In this document: positions 43,776 to 57,502 of the stretch, piece by piece
How the letters are laid out: each line of letters begins with the position of its first letter
How positions within the stretch are numbered: position 1 is the first letter of the stretch
Assembly (NCBI GenBank): GCA_964016885.1
Contig: OZ024740.1
Coordinates: forward strand, 136,896,001-136,960,000
Length of the DNA stretch: 64,000 nt
Direction: 5' to 3'
Source: Eledone cirrhosa
Lineage: Eukaryota
Notes under the pieces: generated by a model
Told to the model about the DNA's origin: nothing
The model's database searches: none
Seen by the model: the letters and a program-made list of their open reading frames with translations, nothing else
Made by a program: the position numbers and the translations under genes

Positions 43776-45639
43776 TCCCCTAAAGCGTCAAGCTAAAAGA
43801 TGTGTTGTTTTTACCTCATGTTTTATATCGCTGCCAGAAAGTTGTGCAACCCCCTCTCTTTTGGTCCATCCGATGCATCAGCATCTTTTGTTTATCAGCA
43901 AGGGAAGAGCAGTACCCATGACTCTTTTCAGTACCTCTGAGACTGGTGTGATGAAGGGAGGAAAATATCCTCAAACTAGAGACCTAGTCCGAATGCCTGC
44001 AGCAGAGTTGATACCCAAGAAAGGTATCGAAGGGTCAGGTGGTTGTATTAAATTGGTCGACGGATTAATTCTATCATCCAAGTAGGTTACAGTCGGATTT
44101 GAACTCAAAACGTAAAGAACTAGAACAAATACCGCTTGGACTGGATTGGTACAATATTTTTATAAATCCTGAAAGGATGAAAAGCAAAGTTGACCGCGAC
44201 ATGGTTCATAAAGGGTTGGAATAAATAATGCAACGCATCTTGCCCTACGTTGTAACGATTCGGCCAATTTTTAATTAAATCATAACAACATTCCAGTGGT
44301 GCCCTTACGACTCTATGATTCAATGGGTTTTCGGATATCAGTTTGTGATAAAAAACCTTATATACACCCCCTCCCCACCATTTGCGGCAAACCTGTTATA
44401 CGTTGACTTAGCTACACGATTTAAACTTCGTTAAAAAAAAAAAAATAATGCGACTATGGCACTTATTTTAAACAGAAACAACTTTAGCAAATGTAGTTGC
44501 TAAGAAAGTTGATTGACCCCATTTTACACTCAATAAACCCGATGTAATGACACAATACTACAACGTGACAAAGATCACACTACTTTATTGATAATAGGCA
44601 TGGAAATACAGAATGATTATTATGTCAGCCAGAAGTGTGCAGGAAAGCTAAGGAATTTTACTGAGTCAGCTATTGAATTAAAGTGATTATGGCATGTAAC
44701 AACCGTGTAGATCATTCCATTTCTAATTGTTTTAACTGGAATGATACGTAGTCACCACGTTTGTAAAGATATTGAAGAGTTTCTTTTGACTAGACACACA
44801 CACATTATATATTTTAGCGAGTGGAGAAAAGACAAGTCATGATATTCATTTTTTCCTGGGAAGTATTTAAGGTCGTAAGTGAAAACTGTAAATCTTTAAT
44901 TTACAGTATCTGTAAACATATTGATTTCGCCCTTAGACTAAATGTCGGTTTCGATGCTGAGCATTCAGTTGTTCGATCAAATTAACATGTATGACGCTGA
45001 GTATTTCACAGACGTATGTAACCTTAACATAACCCCCAGGCCAATAAATTACAAGGCTGGACCTTTGAATTTGAGACATGGTCATCCAATGTCGTTTTCC
45101 TATACCCGATTCCATTCACAAGACTTGGATTGACTGGATGTTATGGTAGAATTGTTCCAATTTTATATCAGATATGTGAGTGGTACTCTGTTATCTTGAG
45201 TTTTGTGGAGGGCCAGCTTCTCTGAAACCTATATTAGGGATGTTATATGAAGTCATACTATTGGTGATTGACACAAGTGTAGATCTCCGGTAGAACTGGC
45301 TTTACGAAAGCAGTACCGGGATTCAAACCTTAGACTTCATGATTGCAAAGTGAGCTTCGTACCCACTCAGCTATAACTAGGTTCACACAGAAAGACAGAT
45401 GATAGTCGACCGCATCTACTCCAATATAATACTAACTAGTATTCATTTAATCGAAATTGAATGATTATATACTCAAGTTAAATCAAGTGAGATTGAAACC
45501 CAATAAGGTGAGGGAGAAAAATGGATTCTGTATAAACACTTACATTGGCCCCATTATTGTCTTTGCTTATGGTGAGATATACAATCTCAAGTAGTCTAAC
45601 ATACAAACACACACAGACAAACACATACAGATAGATACA

Positions 45640-45995
45640 ATGTCTAACACCCGTGGACATGCTTACAAAATCAGAAAACAGACAGCTCTGATGATTTCGG
45701 AAACATTTTTTCACGCTCAGAATTGCTGAAGCATGGAACAAACTACCTGCATCAGTTGTTAGCTGTTGAGACACTGCATCCTTTAAAACTGCCATGCTTC
45801 CCAAAATTCGCCAACACTACACTTGATATTCCTCCTCCATACACATGCATGCATGTGGGTGTGAGTGTGTGTCTGTGTGTATATCATGACTCATACACTG
45901 TTCATTTTACTGACTTTTGTACATTATTCTATGTACTATATATATGCACCTTTGATGAGTTGTAGTGCGCCGGAGCACTGTACATAATCATTTTC
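45640..45995 (+). mobile_element. CR1/L2/Jockey-type LINE 3' end
   Basis: TRGHAYK, FRKHFFTLRIAEAWNKLPASVVS, TASFK, then UTR ending in (ATT)n. Confidence 0.75.
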
Positions 45996-46130
45996 ATTAT
46001 TATTATTGACTTTGCCGTACAACCTTACGGGGTCGATAAAATAAAGTACCAGTAATGCACTGGGTAATTGCTGGCCTTGTGCCAAAAGTAGAAACAATTA
46101 TTATTTTAAAACACACACACACACACACGC

Positions 46131-46189
<59 letters not shown>

Positions 46190-46599
46190 TAGACACACAC
46201 ATGCACTGATAGACACAAACACACACACATACAAAGAAAAAAAAATGAAAAAAATTCACAAGTAATATTGAACAACTTTCTTCAAATATTAAAGTTAAAA
46301 CATCTTTGAAACTATTTCAATCTAAACATCTATGATTCTGATGATGATCTGGTCGAGAAAAAAAAAATTGAATGATATCCACCTAACATGGAAAGGGACT
46401 GCTATAAAACTAGATTTATATCATACTTCTATTTTACATTTTATCCATCATGTGGTCAAGAAAATAACCACGATCATGTATTAGGTTCGATGTTATAGAC
46501 TTTTCACTTCCCTCCCAAATTTCTATGTAAGAAACTATTATTTTTTTCTGGAAGTCATTAGTTCTTTCATACTCTGATGGCTGGATAATCTTAAGATTT

Positions 46600-47345
46600 T
46601 CCTCGATGAAGCAGGAAAAATGCAGGTTTTCACCTAATGAGGGCCCTAGGGGATCAAGAAAATGAATTTTTTTTTTTATGTGCATAATATGCCTTGAAAT
46701 TTCGGGAAAATCGGCTAGACGTAACGCCTCAAAAAAGCCCTAAAAAGCTGAAAAAATGAAGTTTTTCACCTAATGCGGGCCCTAGACCATAAAAAAGTTG
46801 GATTTTCTTTGCTCACGGTATGAAGAAGAGACTGACTAATACATAGTTACAATTTCAAGGAAATAAGTCTGACGTAACGACTCAAAAAGTCCTAAAAACC
46901 TGAAAATACGCATTTTTTCAACTAATGCGGGCCCTAGGGGATCAAAAAGTTGAATTTTTTTATGTGCATAACACACCCTGAAACATAAGTAATACACATG
47001 TAAAGTTTGAAAAAAGTCGGTTGGGTACTTCGATTTTTAGGGATTCAAACTCACACACACACACACACACAGACAGACATCCTGAGGGAAGTGACGTAAT
47101 GCAGACAGTCAGACATACAGACAGATATTATAAGGGCGCGACGTTATATGAATGTATCTATCTAAAAAGAGAAAGACTAAGAATTATAGAGAGAGATCGC
47201 TAAATCGCCTAATGCGGTCCCTAGGGCATTGAAAATTTGAATTTCTTTTTGCTCAGAACACTCCCGAAACATAAGTATTACATGTGTAAAGTTTGAAAAC
47301 AGTCGGTTGGGTGCTTCTCGAGTTTTAGGGATTCAAACTCCTGAA
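46600..47345. repeat. Imperfect tandem units (CTAATGCGGGCCCTAG core, 4 copies) with ACAG microsatellite; possibly non-autonomous Helitron-like
   Basis: Core at ~46633, 46769, 46922, 47209; GTCGGTTGGGT...TTTTAGGGATTCAAACTC twice. Confidence 0.55.
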
Positions 47346-47348
47346 TCT

Positions 47349-47451
<103 letters not shown>

Positions 47452-47599
47452 AGGGGGTTTGCGCGTGTATGTTTATGTGTGTGTGTGTGTGTATATGTAT
47501 ATATATTTATATATATATACAACCACACACAAATGTTCATCCATGTATACCCATGAAAGATAAAAATAAAAGCATTCTTAAAGAAGCATTTTACATCAC

Positions 47600-48900
47600 G
47601 CTGTGATGATGTGGAATCTGGAAGAGAAACAAGTTTATTCAAACCTAGAGGTGAAGTTGTTCCTAGGGTGAGTACAATGATCTCTTCTTTATGTTTCGTA
47701 GAGTGTAATGCCCCATGCTGTGAGAAAACACCAGGCATTGGGTGGGGGATAGTTAATTGAATGGTCAGGGGTGTTGAAATGATCAGTCACAGATCGTTCC
47801 GGAGAACGCTGGAGAACTCTGTGAAGGTATTCGTGGAATCGATTATCCGGGTGACGGCCTGTTTCGTCAATATATAAGACACCATAAAGATTACATGTGA
47901 TATAGTATACAGTGTTGGTGGAACAGCAGCCGAAATTTTGAGTAATTTCATAATAGGATTTGGTATGATAAATGTTTTTGTGTCGCCTCTAGCGAGAGAT
48001 GCGAAATATACGACGCGCGTGCATTTAAGAGCACCTGGTTAGGTTTGATTGGATACAAGCGAGCTTCTAACGAGGTTACAGATATTGTCATCTCGTTAAA
48101 AAGATGCGAGAGGGTCTGAAGATAAGATCAGTGCGGGGTATCAGGGAGTAGAAATTGGACGTTGCTAATGAGTGTGAGTTTAATGAGGTGTAGATTGAAA
48201 GAAAGCGGGATCCAATTTGTATGCGTACACGGAGAGGAGTCTTGGAGAATGGAGGCAGGGTTAGTTCTCAGAGGTCTACAAACAATTGATTGTATAAGAA
48301 ATACTTCATAGCATGAGAATTGGAACTGAAGCCCGAACCAATGCTGCATATATGAAGATTTGAAGTCTGATGCAGTGTTGTATAACTAAACAAGTTCGAG
48401 GAATTGAGAGATTAGAACTGCGAAATTGAACTTCCTGGGATATTTGAAGGAATAGTGGAGATAGGAGTGGGATTTAGGCGGTTTGTTGTGAACGGAAGTG
48501 AGCTGGTGGCGGTTCACGATAGTAACGGAGATATCTAGGAGGCTGATGAAGTTCCCATATATGGCAGAAGTGAATTCTAGGACATGGTGAAATAAGTTAA
48601 TATAAAAGGTAAGACTACCACATTGCTGTCTAGTGAGTATGAAGGCGTCACACAGTCGGCAATGTAGCCCCTTACAGTTCTGCGGCCAATGAACTTGGTA
48701 AAAATCTTAATATGGACTGCAAAGAGGTTTGTGAAATTTGGGTCCATTTAATGACCAATGTAATCTTGCTGACCTGCTTGTAAAACTCACCAGAGAGAAG
48801 ATATAATTGAGTGAGTGTGTTCGGTTATGGGAGGAGAGAATGGTGTGTGGTAAAAGTAGAGATGACATTCATTTTGGGGGATTTTAATATTGTCAAAATC
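47600..48900 (-). pseudogene. Degenerate Penelope-like (Poseidon-like) RT/GIY-YIG fragment
   Basis: EFYKQ, GPNF, SLLDISVT..TSVHNKP..SHSYLHYS, EEIIVLTLGTTSPLGLN. Confidence 0.75.
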
Positions 48901-49070
48901 TGCTTGGGGCTAATTTGAAATTTTCGTTGTTACATTTACGTCATTTAAGTGTGCAAAAACTATTAATATGTAATCTGCATCGTAAGTTATTAAATAAGCG
49001 AAAATAATTATCGCTTATAATCAGAATACACTTTTGTGTCGCCACCGAACACACACACACACACACACGC

Positions 49071-49149
<79 letters not shown>

Positions 49150-49153
<4 letters not shown>

Positions 49154-52150
49154 TTTCTGTTTATTTGCCACTAGGGCACAAAAGAAAAGGACATGTACAT
49201 GGGTGGGGGAGTTTACATAAAAATCGAGTAAGAAAAATATAACAAACAAAATAATAACAAGAAGGTCCTCAATAGGGAGGGATCGTTTTGGGGTCACACA
49301 CACCCCCGAAAAAAAGTGTGCGATCCTTCTCCACGGGAGCACAAAGAGAGGGTGCTCCCTTCTTTCTGTTCCACCTACAGGCTGAGGTAGAGAGAAGTCC
49401 CATTCACACGGGCCATTCTCGCAACTTTCACCCACCTTTCATAAAACTGGCTGGAGTGCAGCACCTCTCTCTCCATCCTGATCCTTCTTCCGAAATGGTA
49501 TCGGAAGAAAAGGACCAGTTGTTGGCCGGAGAGAAAGGTGTCCGACCTCAGCCCTTTCAGACGCGTCCACCATACAACCTCTTTCGCCATGGCTATTACA
49601 CAGAGGAAGACCGTCTCTCCTTCATTTTTGAAGAGGGGAAGCGGCTTGATCGTTACAATGGACTCGGTGGTCAACCGGATCGGTCCCACCCTTGACAGCA
49701 GTTGTTCGACATAGCCCCACAGATCGGCAACGCCCGGGCAGTGCACCAATGCGTGCGCGACGGTTTCCTCGTCGCGCACGCATCTGGGACAGATCTTTTT
49801 CGAGGGGTCCTACATAGTCCCAACGTGCATCTAGGATACCATTCCAGTCCCCCACTAAAAGCAAGGAGCGGGACGTCCCTAGAAAAGTCTCCAGACGATG
49901 GAAGAAGTCCGACCGCATTGCCCCAAAAGGGGCGTATACGGCGACAAGCCTAAAAGCTTCGCCTTCACCATTGCCAAGGTCCAGAACCACGAGTCGACCC
50001 TCCGGGTCCAAGTGTACCGTCTGTGTAGCGAGACCCAGATGTTTTTGCAGCAGAACGACAACCCCACCCCCACCTCCGGGCTGACAGAGAGATGCGTGCA
50101 TCTCAAAGTCATCAAAGGTGGGGGCTAGCTGTCGCATGCTGCTGATCCGGGCCTCGCAAATAACCATCACATTTATACATTGTGACCTGAGGTCACTTAG
50201 AAGTTTAGCTTGCTTCCAAGGTGAGCCCAGGCCACGCGCATTTAGACAACCTACTCTTAAGACAGCCATGCTGGTGGCAAAGAAAGAGGCACTTACCTCT
50301 CTGCGTCCCGGGGTTCGGGCCGCTCAGTTTCCATGGGGCTGGTGGAGGGGTTGATGGGTGGGGTGGTGGTTTGTGGTGGTGTGGGGGTATTAGTGTGTGG
50401 AGGGGTTGGGATCTTTGGAGTTGTGTGGGTGTTTGAGGAGGGGAGGGGAAAACCTTTCAGGAGGACGCGGTTGAGTGGCCTGGTGCAGGGTGGGCCCATG
50501 TCCTCAGGGTAAATGTCTTTCAAAGTTTTGAAAATGTCAAGTGGGATTTTCACCATTTTCAGGTTAGATAGTCCCATTGCCGTTACGAAATTCGGCCCTT
50601 CGGTTTGTATCGAAGGGTTGTTTTCTATTTTTTGAGTTAGGTTTTTATTGTTTTTTTTTTATGTATGTGTAGAGTTTTTGTGTTGTGTTTGTTTTTGCTT
50701 GTTGTTGTTGAGTGAGTTTGCGTTTTATTGTCTGTGTTGTGTTGTCAGGTGGGGTTATTTTTGTTTGTGTGGTGTGTGTACGTTTTTTTCTTTTCACTTT
50801 TTGGAAGGGAGCCCCCTCGTCTTCCGACGATATGAGCTCCTCTTCCGTATTGGAGGGGAGGGCTATATCTCCGGGTTGTGTATGAACTGCGTGTGTTTTT
50901 GTATTTGTGTTCTGTGGGGTGGGGCTGGGTGGGACCGTGTTTTGGGTTGTTTTCTTGAGCTGTTGTTGATGTTGTTGTTGTTGTTGTGGTGGTGGTGGTG
51001 GTAGTGTTGTTGGTTTTTGTTGTCGTTGTGGTGGTGATGGTAGTGTATTTTGTTGTTTTTGTGATGGTGGTGCTGGTTGTTTTTGTTGTTGTTGTGGTGT
51101 TTGTAGCAGTGTTTTTTTTGTTGTTAGTAGAGGGCAGGCCGTCCTCAGGTGACCTCTGCCAGCGCAGTGGTAACATGAGGGTCTCCTGCCTTCCACTGTG
51201 ATATTTATGAAGGTTCGCCCATCCAGTAGGACTCGGTCGGGTATTCCGGAGATTCTCTCAGGTGTCATCTGTAAGAGAACCTCCAGACTTTCCCCCCCGA
51301 ACAGTCCACTGGTGGACTCCCCTGCTGAAATAAGTATGTCCTTTTCTAGGTCCGTAAATCCTGTTAGGACGGACCAGATGTTAATTTCTGGCGTAGGGCT
51401 CCACATTCTTATTCTTTGTGTTCTTCTTCCTTTATATGTGGGGAAGAAAGTGTATTGTGGTGACACTATAGGTGCTACCGAATATTTTTGAGCCAGCATT
51501 TCGTCCTTCATTCGGACCATAATGCTGGCATACAGTTTTCCTCTTTGAATAAAGAGTATGTCCTTTTTAATGTCTTTCAGAACCAGCTCAATTTGACTTT
51601 CTGTCAATTGAGCTGGCTTTCTTGTTGCGTTGGTTATAGTCCTGTAGGTTACGGTATTCTTCTATACCTGTTGACGCACTTCTTCTGGGGAGTTGATCGT
51701 AAAAGAACCATCCTCCCCAAAAGATACGTATTTTCTAGCCTCTAGCAAATTTTGCTTAGCGTTCGTGATATCTATTGGCTTGTATTCCGTAGCTTTCCTG
51801 AGTGTTTGGGCAAAAGAAATTTTGTTGTCTTTGTTTGTTGTTGTAATGTTGTTGGTTTCATTATTTGTGGTGTTATTTTGTTCTTCAAAATTAAGTTTTT
51901 CATTTGAATTAATATTCTTTTTTTTTTCATTGGAGAGGAGGGGCTGTTCAACAGTTTGAACTGTTGTTCCCTCTTTCCCGCTTGTTTTTTTGGTAGGCGT
52001 GGCGTTCGCTTCCAATATGGCGATATCGTTTTCGACGATATCGTTATCAACGATATCGATAAACATTTCTGAATTAAATATTTTTCACCCCAAAAGGGGT
52101 GAAAATATATTTACCCTACGTCTATAGTCCCAGACTAGGGGTTAAAGTCA
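49150..52150 (-). mobile_element. L1/Tx1-clade LINE with RT deleted
   Basis: Frameshifted ORF1 (52066-50293) with CYHCAGRGHLRTAC knuckle; ORF2 APE start (GCLNARGL, VAVYAP, VGDWN) joined at ~49800 to CPRC..ETVAHALVHC C-terminus; AATAAA then (TGTC)n. Confidence 0.9.
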
Positions 52151-52154
52151 ATAA

Positions 52155-52295
52155 CTGTTTCTACTTTAGGCACAAGGCCAGCAATTACCCAGTTCATTAC
52201 TGGTACTTTATTTCATCGATCCTGTAAGGATGAAAGGCAAAGTCAACCTCGGCGGGATTTGAACTCAGATCGTAAAGTGACGTAACTATGCTGGA
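52155..52295 (-). mobile_element. tRNA-derived SINE (family B), partial
   Basis: Family B consensus reverse complement. Confidence 0.85.
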
Positions 52296-52393
52296 AAGTC
52301 AATAATACAAAACAATTCAAATAATTCACTGACAAATATTTCAGGTAAAAATTTCAAATCGCAGAGCCGATATGAAACACCTCTACTATCCTG

Positions 52394-52488
<95 letters not shown>

Positions 52489-52532
52489 CGTATATATATA
52501 TATATGTATATATACATATGTATATATATATA

Positions 52533-52596
<64 letters not shown>

Positions 52597-52599
<3 letters not shown>

Positions 52600-53590
52600 T
52601 CATCTATAAAAAGCAGATTGTTGTTGTCGTGTGTATGTGTGTGCATGTTCCATGTTTATACATTTGCACAATTTCACAAATTCAACTTAGGTCAATGACT
52701 ATTTATTTCATTCACACTCACCAACAATTACGGAAATAATCGATAAAACTAAATACATGACGCTTTACTCCTCTAATACAATCAGATATCCTCTCTCTAC
52801 TCTCCTTAAAATTCGATAAAACTACATACATGTTGCAACTTTCTCTGATATACGATTAAACTTACAAGCTTTAAGAGAGAGAGAGTGAGAGAGAGAGAGA
52901 GAGAGGGAAGTTTGTTTTTGAGTGTGGAACGGTCAAACATTTATTTACTTCAATGACAAAGAGAACTTATTACATTTCATACGAAACAACAATTATTCAA
53001 AAGCAACAGTTAAATTTATTCAACAACAAAAATAGCGATAAATCTTTTTTAAAACATCTATCAACGAACGTGGAAGAAAGAAGTATCAGTTCATTTACTA
53101 TACACAATAATATCCTCTATGTGGTCACTAAACCTGCTAGAAACAGCAGCTAACTCTCCCCCATATCACACCACTCCCTACTGTCTTAAATTTAGAAAAC
53201 ATATCCTCTATGAGGTCACTAAACCTGCTAGAAACAGCATCTAACTCTCCCCCATATCACACCCCTCCTTACTGTCTTAAATTAAAAAAACACACATTAG
53301 ACAACCATGCAGAACAACTCCATCGCAGCTCTGTTGTTCGGCTGGCATCGTCTACGCGCGTGTTGCGCAAGTACTGTGAAACAATAAATTTCAACACTTC
53401 TTTGCACAGAGATAATATCCATAGGCGAAACTACAATTGTCACTGCTGGCGCAGCTCCTGCTTCGGCAGTCCAGGTCTGCAATTTATTCACCCAGTGCCT
53501 GGCAGACAAAAAAGTGGTGCCATAAAATGGGTGGTGCAACCTAACTTTGGTAACTTACCGACCCCGAGCAACGCCGGGCTTTAATGCTAG
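52597..53590 (+). mobile_element. Non-autonomous Helitron (~1 kb)
   Basis: A|TC 5' end homologous to 39080-39850; 3' hairpin CCCG-AGCAACGC-CGGG then CTAG|T; no TSD. Confidence 0.9.
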
Positions 53591-53606
53591 TATATATATA
53601 TATATA

Positions 53607-53757
53607 CAGGTAACATTCCGTTATAACGAATACCATTATAACGAATTTTTCAGTATAACGATATTTTTTTCAATCCCCAGCCACTCGCTCGATGTGTTAA
53701 GTCGATCTCGTTATAAAGAATTTTTCATTACAACGAATTTTTGATACCCAGTGAATT
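53607..53757 (+). mobile_element. One end of a pogo/Tigger-like element
   Basis: TA|CAGGTAACATTCCGTTATAACG with repeated TATAACGA; partner end absent. Confidence 0.6.
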
Positions 53758-54553
53758 TTGACATACCGTTCAACAACGACTTGTATTTGAAAAAGTTGAT
53801 TTGGCAGTGAAAAATTGTAAACAGAAAGAAAGAAAGAAAGAAAGAAAACGAAGAAAAAGAAGAAATGCATGCAACAAAATAGAGAGATGGAAAGATAGAT
53901 AAAGAGAAGAACTTCATGTAAAGAAACAGAGAGAGATATATAGAGAGAGGAAATAGATAGAGATAGATATATATAGAGAAAAGTAGGTAGTTGAACATCC
54001 GTTGAATGACGTATCAATGATACATTTATTTATTTATTTATTTATTTATTTAGCTCTAGTATTAATGTAAGGGAGATATATGTGGTTAGGAAAGAAACCA
54101 GCCGTTATATATATAGAAAAAATGAAAAGTAACCAGACATAGGCGAGGCAGAATTTAAAAACCCTATGTTTCAATGTAGAAATATTAGTTCGTATAAAAA
54201 CCAGGCACTATAATGTAAATATCAGTATTCATGAATGAGACACGTATCTATAATGTGTGAAAAGTAATGATCTTATGTCTAGTTTTAAAAATTCATATGT
54301 TTATATGATAACTACAAACATCGATGTGAATTTACGTGATCAACTCTGCAAACTCCTATTTCACACGGAGAACATTCTCATTGTGCTATAAAAATTTAAG
54401 TATACATATATGTGTATATATACACATATATATAGAGTCTATATTAATTTTAACAATACTATTCTTGTCTTTACTCTACATGATTATCTATCAAGCAGAA
54501 ATAGAGAACAGATTTCAATATATTAATAAAAAATATCAGAAACAAAAACAAAA

Positions 54554-54592
<39 letters not shown>

Positions 54593-55043
54593 AATAAAAT
54601 AGAAAACTAAAAAATATTACATATTAAAAGTAAAAATATTAAAAATATTAAAAAATATTAAAATAATAAAAATAAAAACATAGTATGCCACGCAAATCGA
54701 CCACAAAGATCAACCCTTCAAAATTAATTGACAATATATTGCCAAGTTCATTATAAGCATCAGAGTCGAAAACAGATAAAGCTAAAAATTATTTACCAAA
54801 TCGCGTCTAGCAGAAATCATTTCAAAAGTTCAGGATGCCCATTTGGTCTACATATGTTCTTATATTTAATATAGAAGTTTATCTAGTGTAACGTTTATTC
54901 GATATATTTGGAGCATCAACTTTTAGGGTAGTTTAATTTTCCATGAAGAATGTTTAAAATAAAAATAAAAAGAAGAATAAAAAGAAGAAATCGAAAGATT
55001 TATCGGCTAGTTTCCCAAATAATTACAAATCAAACTAAATATA

Positions 55044-57257
55044 CTACATTTTAAATTTAAATTTATATTTAAAAGTTGAGTTCAATCTATGTTTGCAGCA
55101 ACTGAATAAATTTGTCCGTAGATTAAGGGAATTTTTAGATTTTAGTATAAAGAATATCTCCTCCGCGCAGAGGTCACATGTCTCAGAGGATGAATTAAAA
55201 GGAATCCCTCTTGAGACTATATTCCAAGCCGTCGAATATCTAACGTTATCTTGCCTAAGTTGCCAGAGTACGCCTGATAGTGCTGTTGAAGATTTTTTGC
55301 TTGGATCTGTGAAAGAATTCTTGTGGTTATTATAGCGAAGTTTAAATTCCGTCGATGTGGAACCGACGTAGTTAAAAGAATTAGAGTCCGTTTTAACATT
55401 ACAGTTGTATATTATATTTTTAACTAAGCAGTTGTTATTTAACGGACATTTAGATCTATCTCTACAGTTACATTTGTTAACTTGTATATTATTTATGCTA
55501 TTATCGCTAGGTTTTAAGTTCCTATTATTTATTCTATTAATATTTTGTGCTAAATTTTTGGTGGATGAGTAGGTTAATTTTATAGTATGTCTATTGAAAA
55601 TTGAGTGATACCTATGTGTTCTAGGGAAGCGATTATCAAGAGCTTTAAAAAATAGTTTAGCGATGTGGGTTTTAATGTTTAGTGAGAAAGGGGGGGCAAA
55701 CCATATTATGTTCCTAGTTCTATTTCTTTTTTGGCTTTTGGAATTATTGTAATGCTTTCTATTATAGTTGTTAAGGTTGTGGCCGTAATTAAAATAGTTG
55801 TTATTTTGTTTAGTTTGTCTATCATTATCTATGTACATAATCCTATCACTATATCCTGCTCTAGCTAACGCTTCATTGTAGTACTGGGCTTTTTCGTCGA
55901 AAATCTTTCTATTAGACGAGATTCTAGAGATACGTTTTTGAACAGAGTTTACTATAGTGTTTTTGACAGATCTGGGGTGGTTAGAGTTAAAGCTGACATA
56001 GTTTAAGTTTTCACTCAACTTGTGAAATGGATAGTGAAGACATGTGTTGAGATTTAATGTTATATCTAGGAAATTGACTATTCTATGGTTGTTCTCAATT
56101 TCTATTTTTAGATTAAAGTAATTAAAAAATTGTGTAATTTGTTTTCTTTTTATATTTAATTCAGAGTTATTATTATCAATAAGTAAAAGCATGTCATCTC
56201 AATATAAACCTCCGGTAGTACCAGGTATTTTCTTATGTAGCGAATTGATTAAAAATAAGCCCACAAGGTCAGTTACCTGAGCTGAGTCGGATGATCCCAT
56301 AGTAATGTCAAAATTGCTATCTCTATCTGCTCTGGTCCATAGTTGGTCATTAAATTCTATCAATGTTTTCCTAGCCGATAATATAATGTGCATTTCATTG
56401 CTAGTTAGGTTTGTATGTTTGAATGCGTAATTTAGTGCCTTATTTAGTAGATTAGGGGTAATAGAAGAATAATAGTTAGCAATATCAAGTTGAATAAACT
56501 TATTATTATTGTTATATTTAATTTGCTTAAACCACTCAACAACCTCTCCAGTTCCCTTCCACAAGCTCAGGTTAGGTAAACAATCCAAGTTTTTAATTTG
56601 CTGTATCACCCTGTCAAGAATGTTTTTGCTTAATTTGCCCAGGTCCGATTTTGATGGTGCGATCAATCTAACTGGCAAGTCATTTTCAAAATTCCTTTTG
56701 TGATCTTTCATATTGATCTTCGGTTTCCTGGGCACGAAAGGTTGTGTTCTGTTCTCAATTTCGAACTCGTGCATTATACAAGATGCTTCAACATTCATTT
56801 TCTCAAGCTCGGCCTTATCTGCTACCTTGTACTTTTTCCTCAGTTCCTTCAGTATGAGGCCATTATACATGTCTTTCTGCACTCCATAGAGGTTGTTGGT
56901 CTTGTCAGATTTCACCAAGATCTTCCCAGTTTTCTCTAAGCTCTCAATATTATCCTTAATGCCTTTCAGATATTCCTGGCCTTTGAAGTTTCTCTTGAAT
57001 TTGACCCCTTGTATGATAGAAATTATATCGTTTTCAAAGTCAGATAAAAGTTTGTTAGGGGGTGGATTTCTTTTAGATTTGAAAACTTTGTTTAAGTCCG
57101 AGACATTTTCATTTATATTAGATTTATCAAAGTGGAATGCTCGCCACCTGATTCTCCTTATAAAAGAGTCAGATTTATCTATTAATTGTTTTATAAAGTC
57201 TTTGTTTCTAGGTAGAGGTATGTCTTTTAAAGAGGAAGTAATCTTAAAGAATTCCAT
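55044..57257 (-). pseudogene. PLE RT-GIY-YIG polyprotein with one in-frame TGA (56199-56201)
   Basis: KSDKTNNLY, FIQLDIANYYSSI, FDITMGSSDSA, GLY*DD, NFLDITL, SNHP, CNCR, IIY..YVGST..FKLRYNNH, CDLC..E; the two track ORFs are in the same frame. Confidence 0.95.
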
Positions 57258-57436
57258 TTTTTTCAGTTATAATATAAAGCGCTCAACAGTATTGGAGCAA
57301 GATACATGGAAAGTTATATTTAAATTGTTGGGTTACAACTAGTAAATATTTATAACTGATATAAAAGCACTCAACAAGTATTTGGAGTATATTTACGATA
57401 TTAAATAAATGGAAACTATATTTATAAAACCATATT

Positions 57437-57502
57437 TATTTCATTATATATATTTCAGGGATATCATATTAACAATATGTTATGCCTTCTTCAGACAAAA
57501 TA
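57437..57502 (-). ncRNA. Type I minimal hammerhead ribozyme motif
   Basis: TATTTTGT-CTGAAGA-[AGGCATAACATATT GTT AATATGATATCCCT]-GAAA-T ATAT A-TA-ATGAAATA. Confidence 0.8.

Noticed and set aside
45685-45710. CTGATGA...GAAAC hammerhead-like string (also 46338, 48543)
   Set aside because: No stem I/II pairing; two of the three lie in retroelement coding remnants
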